From Amoebophrya sp. A120 (lineage: Eukaryota > Protista > Dinoflagellata): a DNA stretch of 64,000 nucleotides. A program made the translations under genes and the position numbers. Location of the stretch: assembly GCA_905178155.1 (NCBI GenBank), contig CAJINV010000022.1:124001-188000 (forward strand), given 5' to 3'. The notes beneath the pieces are model-generated. The model was not told the origin of the DNA and searched no databases. It saw only the letters and a program-made list of their open reading frames with translations. Positions 36,813-48,800 of the stretch are shown piece after piece. Positions within the stretch are counted from its first letter, which is position 1. The number at the start of each line of letters is the position of its first letter.

Positions 36813-39800
36813 ATGATGACGGGGCAGCAAATAAAAGAACTTCCGAAGGCCGCGACGGTCACAAAAAACAAGGCACGACCTTTCTTTCCGCAAGTATCAT
36901 ATTTGTTTTTCCTGCTGGCAGGAGACCTCTTTCAACATCCGACTCCAGAGGACCATACGGGAGGTGGTGGACCACAGGTCGCTCCTCGGGTGAAGAAAAG
37001 GTGCCATGGCAGCAGCTCTCGTGCAGCGAGCGCAGGGAAAATCAAAGACGGGCGAGGCAGAAGCGATAGTTGTGTGTTTGCCGCTTCTCATGTCGGCGAC
37101 GATGAAGAGAGCTTCAGCAGCAATTGTGGTGTTATTTCTGGACACGAACAAGCAGGCAGTAGAGCTAGCACGTGCAGCAAAGCTACTCCGACACGACCTT
37201 CTTCCACCAGCAGCTCATGGCGCAGCAGCTGCACCTCGGGCGGCTACCCGATAGAGGAAAACATCGCCGACGCCGACGGACCAACACGATGCAGTACGGA
37301 TGAAGATCAAGACAGCAACTACGACTTCTGCATATTGGGGAGTGCGACCACCCGTGACGCTCGCGCTGCACACGGCCGGAACCATTTTTCAGGGACGCCT
37401 TCAATTCTTGAATTACCTTCCGAAAGAACGACATCTCACAACACCAGGCGGTCCCAATTATTCGCAGCTGGCTCAATCCTCGGTGTGAACGCGGCGGGTA
37501 CTACTACTTCCGGTGAAGTTCCTATGGACGACGTAGTAGAGGGGTTTTCTGACAACTCCGATCATGAACTACATATGAACTGCAAAAGTATCGTACTCGT
37601 ATAAATGCATATACAAATTTCCTCAGCATGAGAAATAAAATTTGTAATGCTGATTTACCTTAAGAAAAAGATTTGCAATGCATGACTGCAATACGAGTGC
37701 GATAGTTTTGCACAGGATACTACAAGACGAGGAGGGATTTTGTTCCGACGTTTCCGTTGATGATTGCTCCGTCCTATCAAACAAAAAAGTGTTAACCTTA
37801 ACGGTTTTCATGGATTGCAAATATGCATGACAAATTTTGCTTAGCTGCATGCATGCTATGCACGACAAATTTGGGCACGTTTTGTGGTGCGTTACTGCAT
37901 CACAAATTCCGTTCACGTTAACACTTTTTCCTGTGACACGTCCCTTCTTTCTTAAACAGTCCAGCTTCGGCCAGTCCTCCCGATTATTTCGAAGAACAAC
38001 CGAAAAATGGCGATAGTGAAACAGAAAACGAAGATTTTTCCGATACGTTGGAACTGAATGAGCGAGAAGGTGGAGTCGCAGCTTATACAGTGCAGCCTTT
38101 ATCATCATCACGCCGAGCTGCAGGAACGATCACTGGGAGTGGGTTGGTCCTTGATCATGGCGAAATAATTACGCGGCCTTACAAAAACCCGACAAAGGGA
38201 CAAGTGGATCGTCGTCGTACCTTTGGTGCAAAATCTTCTGAGGTCGTGGATCCATCTGTGGGTTCTCCAGGCGAAGATTTCAGCACGACGACCATCGCCA
38301 CGCCCGACGGGATCCAAAGTGGCGAACGCTCGCCGACACCGGGGGACTCGTGTCCAAGTGACTTTTCCACGACGTTGCCGTTCTCTTCTCCGGGTGGGTA
38401 TGCAATAGAAATTTCTGTTATTATATATTTTTATCCCGCAGCACCGGTTGGTACAAAACCAAAGTGCATGACAGGTAGATTTCAATAGATGAAACTTGGT
38501 CTTGGACGTACGGTAGGTAGATACGCACGGAGATAAAAGATTGGCATGTAAGAACATAAAAGTTTTGTTGTCGTACCGCGTGTGGTGCTATGGTAAATCA
38601 ACATTTACTCTTGATACTGATTCGTCGTCGGCAACGCGGGGTGGAGGGGCCGCAGGAGCCACAGTTTCCGATCTTCGCAGACCCTTAGAAGCAAAAAAAT
38701 TTTTTACGACCACGAAGGCCCCTAGTTGTCGTGCCAGTGTTTTATCTTCCTCTGAGGACGAAGCGGGATGCCAAGACGAGTTAACTACAACCGACGCAGG
38801 ACCACGGCCCGCGGTCCCGTCGTCGGGATTTCAAGGACGACAAGAATTTTTACCAAATCCTGCAGCGACAGCGGCCGCCCCAAGGCGAACGCGCACCTCG
38901 AGAAGTAACAAAATAGATGCGGCTCCTTCGAGGAGAAAATCGCCGAGAAAACAAGTGGGAGAAGACAACAAGCCCGGTAGAAGTACTACGGAAATGGTTC
39001 GGAGAGAGTTGCTGCCCGTGTTTGATGATGTCGCGGGAAAAGATGAGCAAGGCGATGATCTTCTTCAACACCAGGAAGAGAACAATCATCAAGAGGCTAC
39101 AACTACTACCAGGGCGGCGAAAGACGCAGCTGTTCTACTATTCCACCAGCAGCAGAAGTGCTCGCGAAAACCGGGACCGAAGGTAGTAGTCCCGCAAGAA
39201 TCTTCTTCTCGCAGAGCCGTGCCGGCTGAGAAGGAAGTAGAGGAAGATGAAGTCACGAGCTTTCTGTGCTCAGACAGATTAGCAGAAAAGACGATCGCCG
39301 CGGAAATTAAACTTGTCATAGCGCAAGAGTTGTCAAGACATCAACCTTCTGACGGGCGGGCACAAGAACAACGCGCGGTAGATCCAGACTCACCGCAAGT
39401 GCAAAGCCGCTGGGTTCCGATTGTGGAAAATTACTTGATGAGCAAGAACGTTGCTGGCGGACGCGGAATGTTCCCGTCGTTCTCGTCGTCGCACTATGCA
39501 CCTTCCGTCAAGTTGCTGGCGATGCTGTTTCTTTTGCAGGTACTCGAGAGGACGTGGGGGGTGGAAGAGTCGATGGGGCAAATTGTCCGTTTCGATAACG
39601 CTCTCTACACGGATGCTTTGACGGTAGACACCTGGACTGCACTATCCTGTGCAAAAGTGTCGTACTCGTAGTAAAAGTAATTGCATTTTTGCATTACAAA
39701 TCTCTTTCTCAAGGTAAATCAGTATTACAAATTTCATTTGTAATGCTGGGCTAATGCAATTTATACGTAGTATCATGTTTTTGCATTGCATATGCACAAA

Positions 39801-42800
39801 ACTCCCGCAAAAAATTTGTTGACCTGTACCAATTCTTCGTGCGTGAAATGGCGACGGTCACGAACATATGAACTGCAAATATGTCTGGGTCTGGAAGAGT
39901 CGTGGCTTGTCATGCACATTTTGCATGACTCATAAAGTCTGTGATGCTGGTGCTAGCATCACAGTTTTTTTGAGAGCTTCTCCATGCTTATTACGCATGG
40001 CAAATGCCCTCTCCGCGTGCCAAGACCTGACTCCTCTTACTGCTCACGCAACACAGATATTTTTACAATCCGCAGACAGCATTACAAGTTCCACTCTTCC
40101 AGACCCAGACACTTTTGCACTTGATAGAACAACGGTGTAGCCATCGACGCAGAGCATTTTCTTCGGCGCAAGAAGAAGGAACTTGAAAAGAAAAAACGAG
40201 CATCTGTGTCGGCAACAAGGAGCATTGTAGAAGGATCGCGTTCGCCTGCAGCCCTGATTAAGACATTTTTCGCAGCTTGGTTGGGCGCAGCTGGAGCAGC
40301 TGCAGCTGCGCCTAGGAACAGTAAACAAGCGACCGCACAATCTTGTTCTTCATCTTCACCAGTAGAGAGTGAAACCACAGCTGCTGGTGTGTTTCATCAA
40401 GAAGAGCAGAGTAGAAGTAGCGCCTCTTCATCCACCGCGGGGCCATGGCCGCAGATCTCACCTTCCAGCGACGACGCGACTCCAGTTGTGCGCTCTCTCG
40501 ACGCACCACCAGCCGCATCAACTACATCCTCTCTGGAGCTGAAGTGCGTGATCGCCGGGCTGCGGTATCCGTATGAACAGGGGCTGCAGGTATATGATAA
40601 ACGGTGGAGTTCGAGCAGATCAGCTAACCCAATCGAGATGTACGTCGCGAGACTTGACTGGGTCTTCGAACTATGGATTGTAAAAATGTCTGGGTCTGGA
40701 AGGTTGGAACTTGTAATGCTGTCTCTGGATTCTGAAAAAATGTGTATTGCATGACCAGCAAGAGGAGTCCAGATTGTGCTACGCTGGGAGGGCGTTTGTC
40801 ATGCGGGAGAGGCATCAGGAAGCCCTCAAAAAATCTGTGATGCTAGCTCTTGCATTACAGGCCTCATGGGTCATGCAAAATATGCATGACAAACCTGGCA
40901 ATCTTCCAGACCCAGACATTTTTACGATCCATACGAACACTGTCTCAATTTTCAGCTTCGGTACACCAAGCTGAACGCCGTGCAGCCTGGAGTCGCGACG
41001 ACGTCGCGTGATTTTTCCTGGAGGTCTGTTTCTGCACAAGAAGAGCACGTATCAAATGCAAATATGTCTGGGTCTGGAAATTTGTGATGCTAAAATGTGG
41101 ATAATGAAAACAATTCCAAATGCGACACAGCATGACAAATTTTCAGAACACTTTCTCCTAGGCAATCCGCATGAGAAACTGCGTCTTTGCATGTACAAAA
41201 GAGGCTGCGACTTCTGTTGGCTATGCAATACAGATTTCCCAGGTATGGAGAGCTAGCATTACAAGTTGCAACCTTTACCTTCCTGACCCAGACATATTTG
41301 CAATGCATCAAGTAGTCTCAATTTTCAGCTCCGGTACACCAAGCTGAACGCCGTGCAGCCTGGGGTCTCGACGACGTCGAGTGATTTATTTTCCTGGTCT
41401 AGTACTTCTGCACAAGAAGAGCACGACCACGACCGTATGGGACGAGATGATGAGCAAATCTTTCCCATCGCGTCGAAGTTCTGGACTTTCGCGGAAGAGA
41501 AAACGGAACTTCTGCAGGCACGGAGCCTTTTCGAAGTGGTCCGGGAGTTTTGGCTCCAGTTTGCGAGGCAAGCGGAGATACCCGGGGGCGCCACGTTGGA
41601 ATATGGTTGGAAAGTACTGAAGGCAGACCTCGACCGCAAGTTGAAAAGTCACATGAGAACCTTCCGATTGCGCGGCCGGAACAAGACAAATGAGGAAACG
41701 AAAAAATGGCAGACGCCCCGAATACCCTTCCACGACCAAAGTAGAAGTAACGGGCTAAAAACTTTGGAAGCAGTGAAACAATCGATGTTCGGGTCAAGCC
41801 AGATGGCACGACACCAGCTGCCGATGACTGAGTCTGGAGATCATGGTGGTCCCTCTGATGTTCATGTCCGAGATGTGCGCAACCTGGTTTCGCAATTCTT
41901 TTCGGAAGATGACCGAAATGTTGGGCGAAGACCCAAAGTCGCCCTGGATCTGGTTTTCGAAAAACCGCAGGAGGTTTTTAAATTTTGGCACGTGGACAGG
42001 CGGGCGAAAGGTAATCCCCGCGACGGGGAGGGAAGCAGCACGGAAGAGTCGTCGTGCGACGACGGCCGCGGCAACAACCCACCCGGCGGGCCTGCAGATG
42101 TTGACGCCACCAAAGCCGGTACAAGAGCTTCGCGGGAAAACAAGCGCCTGAGGGCAACGTTGCGCGGCCGCAGCGGGCAAGGCGGGGCAGGAAAAAGGCC
42201 ACGGAAAAACAACGACAGGTTACAACATCGTGCAGCTGCCCAACAGATAGTACAATCACAATCTGGTGAAGATGATATGATAATCCGTGACCGCCTGCTG
42301 AGGGGTTTGGTTCGCACCATGCGCATGCTTATCAAATGCAAAAGTGTCTGGGTCTGGAAGAATGCAAGTTTGTCATGCTTGTCTGGTATGACTCGAGAAT
42401 CTGTGTTGCATAGGCACGAAAAGGGCCTCTTGTCTGTCATGCAGAAACGCAGTTTGCCATGCGAAAAACGAAACACAAGAGCAGCTCAAAACTTTGTCAT
42501 GCTTGGTTGCGTATTGCAGTGCGCCCACCAGTCACATCTCAGCATCACAAGTTTCCAGACCCAGACACTTTTGCATTTGATAATGCTGGAAAAGGAGCAA
42601 GCCGAGCAAAGACATCGCGAGTTTGTATGGAATTCTCAAATGTTGCATTCTCAACTGTTACATGAATTTGTATTGCAAGAATGGCAAAAGTCAAAGAAGT
42701 GAGGTTGCACTTGTAGCATTACAAATCCCGCACAGATTTGGATGCTGTTTAGCGTTTCCGAAATTCGTCATGCTAAGTAGCTTCATTGTGTGGATGTTGA

Positions 42801-45800
42801 TGCTCATTTTGCATGACAAATCATGTAAACAGTTGAGAATGTAACGTTTGAGAGCGCCATAGTTTGCAGCTTCCCCTTATGATTATCCCGAGGCAGGTGA
42901 AATCGCTCCTTATGCAGAATCGGTGGTCTTGCATCCCGACCCCGAGCATGGTGCGGATACGCTCGAACCTCTGCTCGAGAAAAGAATCGGTGGTCGCCTG
43001 CGTCCCGACCCCGAGCGTGGTGCGGATGCGCTCGACCCTATGCATGGTGCGGTCGACCCTCTGGATGCGATCTTCCGCAGCTTTTGGTGGTTTGGACTAG
43101 AACTAATTTTCTCGACCGAGTGGGACTACGAGTCTGAAGACGAGGACAAAAATTTTACAGCACGACCGATGAGTGCTAGTACCGCGTCTCCTGGAAAAGG
43201 AGCGGAAGATGATCATGCCGACCACGAAACCGGCAACGACGGCGAGACGCTGCGGGCCAAAATGCTGCAGCGATCCGTAATGCCCGAGAGTGCTCGAATA
43301 GTACACATGCCGATTTATGGTCCTGATGGAGATGAAGAAGTAGATCGGAAGCTGATGAATGAAGACGACCTGCGGGAGCTGCTGCGGCAGGCGGAAGCTG
43401 CTGCGGAAGCTGCTGGGGAGACAGCAGTTCGCGAAGTGTGGAATGATATCCGGACTTTGGGGGCCCTCGCCTCCGAACTTCGTTGGCTAGCGGACACCAC
43501 TTTTGAACAAGATCATGACGTTCTTCCGCATGATGAGGTTCTTACAACTAGCGGGACAACAACTGCAGGAGCCGGTGGAGGTGCAGAAGGTACTACTAGA
43601 ACTGCAGCACCAACCGCAGATCTTCAGGGTGAGGGTTCATCCATCCCCGCGGCCGTGCAGTTTGTCCTGAAAACCTTGAATTTCTATCTAAGCCTCGCGG
43701 ATGATCTGGGCGAGCTGGTGAAACTGGAAGTGGTTGAGAAAAACCACGACGACTCGGGGCAGGAGGAAGTGAAGTTGAAGATCTGGAGTTCATCTGGAGA
43801 AGGAGTGGCACAGACATCACAAAATGAAGATTCCGACGATCTTCATGCTGCGCAGGTGGGGCAGGATCTTCAAGAGGCGTCAACGGCATCAAGCGTGGTG
43901 TCGACATTGCACGAGCGAAGTGTGCCACCTGCTGCTGGCGCTTTCAGGAGTGGTCCAACTTCTTGGTCGGCGCAGGCGCAGGGGCTTGTTGCTTCCCAGC
44001 AGCACGGGGGCGCAGCGCCTTCCACGGAAAATATGCCAGCAGAAGCAGCAGCAGGAGGAGGCCCTCAGATTTATTTTCAAGAGAGACAATTCCAGGGGGC
44101 CGCATTGGGCGGTCTGGCAGGCGCCGGAGCACTTGCTCGCGGGCACGGGGCGCGGCCCGGCCCTGTTACAAGTCAGTTCGAGGTTTACGTCGACGAGGAT
44201 GAGGAGGAGGACTCCGTCGCTTATCATGGAGAAAAGTTGTTTGTTTTTCACATCATGCCTTCACAACTTTTCGTATCAAATCTTTGTCATGCGAGGAAGC
44301 AACGATGCATGTGGATCTAGACAGGGAGTAGAAGAGCAGAGTAATTGCCCTAATCGTTGTCTTCCTAGCTTTTTTCTGGAGGATAAAGAGGATCATGAAA
44401 GCCAAAGCGCGAACCAATACTAAATTTGCATGACTCTTTCTCGCAGATTTCCACTTGACACGACACACCCAAATACGTGCAAGTTGATGGCTGCGTTTTT
44501 ACTTACAACTACGTTTTTTCTCGATGATAACGCCGAACCACAACTCCCCGCCATGCCATCGCTAGCAGGTTCGAGCAGCGCCCCCGGCGGTCCGCCAGCT
44601 CCACCTAGCGGCGGCCGGGAAGTAGATGTTGACCCGACGCAGCCCCCACCGCCCGGAGCGACAGGAAAAACACGAACTGCACTACCAGGCGGGCCCGCTA
44701 GTAGTACCCCTTTTAGCTTCAGCACGAAGGATCTACCCGAGAATCAGTTTCCCGTAGAGCAGTCACTGCGCAGAAGTGTCGAACAAGGGCAAGGCCAGCA
44801 TCAGCAGTTCCGTCCAGGTGCAGCCTGGTCTGATTTTGGTTTTGAGCCAGGGACTGCCGGCGACCCACAACGTGCTGCGGACAAAAGACGACCTTTTTTT
44901 TCGAAGGATTATCTCAAGAATGCCCAGTCTCGCCCCGCCACCTCCGAACAGGAGGAAGCATTGACGCAGCATGTGCATGAAGGCGGAGAGGTACAGGAAG
45001 ATGAAAAAATGAAAGAGACACCACCTGCTCCACCAGGCGGTTTCGACCGCGAAACGTCGGAAACCGAAACCATGCTACCTGTCAGTCGTGCAGGCACCTC
45101 GCCGTTCAAGCTGGACGATTTCTCCCCGTCATTCGCAGTTTTGCCGGCGAGTGAAGAACAAGGCTTGGTAGAACAAGCTGTAGTGCCTCAACATCAAAGC
45201 CGCGGTGGGCCGAGAGACTACGGAGCAGTAGAGGACGAGCAGATACCAGCAGTGTCGAAACCAAGTCCAACAACAGATGATGGTGTGACCTCCGGCGCAC
45301 CAGGAAGAACAGAGGCAGCAAGCGTCAGCGGAGGTGGTACTCGTCAGCACGTAACAAGGACCACAGCGGCTCTGGATCATCCACATCTCCACCAAGCCTT
45401 GGGCTCAGTCGCCGAGGAGGGTCAAGACGACCTTCAACTTCACAAGGAGTTCCCAGGGGACGAGGAATCGGGTCGCAGTACAAGCTCGGACGAGGGTTAT
45501 GGCGGGCCGCCTCCAAGAGCGCAAACGATGGTATTTATAGATGCAATGTTGCACGATCTTGATCGCCACAAGTCCATGGGAGCACAAGCCGGATCTTCGG
45601 AAGCGGGCACCGGAAGTCGTTCTGCTGACAAAGAGAACATTCGGAACCGCGCAGCGGTGCAACAAGCGGGACAAGTAGTAGACGAAGCTCCTGCAGCATC
45701 TACTTCGCCTCGCGATGAAGATCTTCGTGTTAGCGATACGAGGCGAGAAGCGACCTCGATGGAGCAGATAGAACAGGGACTGGAGCAGATGCTTATTCAA

Positions 45801-48800
45801 TTGGAGCAGGACGTGATTGGACTATGTGGTCCACCCGGTGGTGACGCAGTGCCGACTGGAGAAGATCATGTTTCCGGGCGTCAGCATGAGGAGATGTTTC
45901 ATCGGGGGACACCAGATTTCGCCCAAACACCAGATCTGGCACGTAATGTAGGAATACAACTCACTTTTGAAGACACGACCACTGCTCTTGGCCAGCAGCA
46001 AGACCAACAGCAGCACTTCAACATCCCGCGGAGTACTAGAGGCGACAAGGAACTACAAGTTGATCATCATCGTGTTCGGCCGCAAGAACGAGCTAAACCA
46101 ACCTCGATAAAGAAGTGCCCGCTGCCGTCGTCCGGTACAAGCTCCCGTTCTAATTCCCCCGGCGGTGCACCGACGGGACACGATTGGACGCCCTCTACTC
46201 AAGCACCAGGGCATATGGAGCTGTCAGGATTGAAATTGACAAAGTTGAACAAAAATTTGTGATGCATATATAAAGTCGAAACCAGTTGTAAGCCAAAGCC
46301 CAATATCCAAGCGGTGCATGATGACAAAATTCGGCACCGTCTAAATCCAGTTTGTCATGCTGTTGAGGGACAGAAGGCGTCTTTTGTCGTGCTGCTTTAG
46401 CAGCTCTATCACAGTCCCCAAACAGGCTGGCAGTCGGCCTCACTTGTCATCCCCGCAAGAGAGGCGCTTCATGCCTTGCAGTTTCTGCATGAGAAATTAT
46501 TTCGACTTTGTCGCTTTCAGTCCTGACGCTTCCATAGGGCAGACTCCCGGGCCGCGAACTGGCGCGCCCAGCCCGCAGCCAAGTCCGCGGGCGGGGAGAT
46601 CGTTTTCACCTGGTCCTGCTGCCCAGCACCGGAGAGTATCTTCCGAAGATGAGGCCGCGGGTAGAAGTCGGGCTAGCAGTAGAGATGATCATGGCCGCGG
46701 GTCAGATGTTGATCATGATGGTAGTTCATCTGGTGATGATTCTGATCCCGGCGGGGACCACGGCGGCCCAAGATCGGCGGCTGCGCGGAGAGCAGCTGAT
46801 TGGGCTCGAGTGCGTAGTTATGAATTGCAAAAGTATCGCATTCGTATAAATGCATTACAAATTTCCTCAGCATGAGAAATGAAATTTGTATATGCGGATT
46901 TGCTTTCAGAAAAAAATTTGTAATGCATTTATCGCAATAGCAATACGAGTACGATACTTTTGCACAGGATAGTAGTATGGACGTCGACCCTATGGACGTT
47001 GACCCGATGATGACAGCACGAAGAAGGATAAGAACAAGTAGAACTCCAGAGGAGCGGACTAGTGCGACTCCTGGTACTTCTGCCACCACAGGTGTGGCGA
47101 TTCTTGGAACTTCGTCGTCTTCCAGCGTAGTTCCTGTTCAACGGCATCAATCAGAACGGGAAGTAGTAGTTCATCCTCTTGGCACTGTCGAAAGGAGAAA
47201 GTTGGCCTCTCCTCGTCCTAGGATTCCCGCCGTGGCGTCGGGAGCTGAAGCGCATAGAGGTGGTCCTGAAGATGTGCTACAACACATAGAATCTCCGTCT
47301 GCCGCGCACTCGACTCAAGCCTCGCCGACGTCGCAATGCTACGGCGGTACGCCGGATCCCACACCGTATCCGAATTCGAAATTCAAATGTATCGGTTAGC
47401 CGCCAGTTGTACTTGTACCCTTCTGAGGCTGATGTTGATGATGTTGGACTTAGTAAATGCACCGGGAATTTTCTGACAAAAAAATATTTTGTGCTGCAGC
47501 TAGAAGATGAGTTGTGTGAAGCAGGTCGCAGATTTTGCAATCGTATCTATATCCATGGTCTGTCCTCTACTGCATGACCATAAATGAGAACAACAATGTC
47601 GAAGTTTAAAAATATCCTGGAACGGCTCAGATTCAGAAGGCGAAACGGCGGTGATAGATATGTTGTTTTTCGTCCTCTTCCATACACTGCAGACTGATTG
47701 GACGTTTCATGTAGATGAGGGGTCGGAGGAGGAGGTACAAGCTGATGTAGAGGCAGCACATATGAACGTGCAAAATGCAAAAGGGGTCAACCTAAACAGA
47801 GAAGTTTTTTTGCTGTTTGGGCAAAAAAACTTTTCATTTTCAGCCGTATTTGCTCGCGCCAGGTGCCCCTTCACCGCGCAATATTGAATGCTGCGAACGT
47901 ATTAAGGTGCCCAAAAACGAATCTGGCTGCCGCGCTCTATCTAGGTTGTCGCAGGCTTTAGCTTTGCGCGGTGCTGCAGTTGAAGCGCTCCTAGAAGGTG
48001 TCTCAACAGGTGGCGCGCGAACCTATATAACGGCGCAACTGCTTGGGCGGTTGAGGTGACACACCTCCGCCGAGGCGCGCCAACTGTGTTTCTCAAGGAG
48101 CTGGCAGCTGGAGGCGCGCCAGCGTTTGCGTTTGCTAACACTCGAAAATCCTCTGCGCAGAGACCGCGCCGCCCAGTCTGCCGCAAAACAACTCCAGAAA
48201 GCGCCCGCGCGAAATTGCTCCTTGAGAGTGTCCAGGATCATCTCCGGACGCAATACAGGCCGCATCCGCATGTGGGAGGGCGCTTAGCCTGGACAGGGGC
48301 TCACGCCGATCACGGAGCTTGCGCGACACATTGGAGCCGACATTTCTCGTCTCCTTTCCTTCTTCGCCGAATGCCGCTCGATGAGAAGAAACTTCTGACT
48401 TTGGGGATTTTTTTGCCGGATTTTGCCAAAACTTCGCCAAAAACCCGGACTTTGCCGAAGTTTTGGCAAAATCCGGCAAAAAAATCGCCAAAGTGAGAAG
48501 ATTCTTCTCATTGAGCGGCATTCGGCGAACGGGGAAGGGAGAGGTGAGACCTCTGCTACATTGTGCCGGGCAAGCTCCGGGATGTCCGAACCCCGGGCCA
48601 GGATTAACCCTTTTCCGCATGTGGATGCACTCTGGCTCGCGTCCGAGAATAGCTCTGGACATTTCCCCGGCAACCCGCGGAGCAACTCCGCAAGGGAGCT
48701 CGCTGGAGTTGCTTTGCGGTAGATTGGGTTGGCCGGTCTCTGCGAGAGGGCGCTTCGAAAATTAGATCAGGAGGCTGATGCAACTGCAGCGGCCATCACG

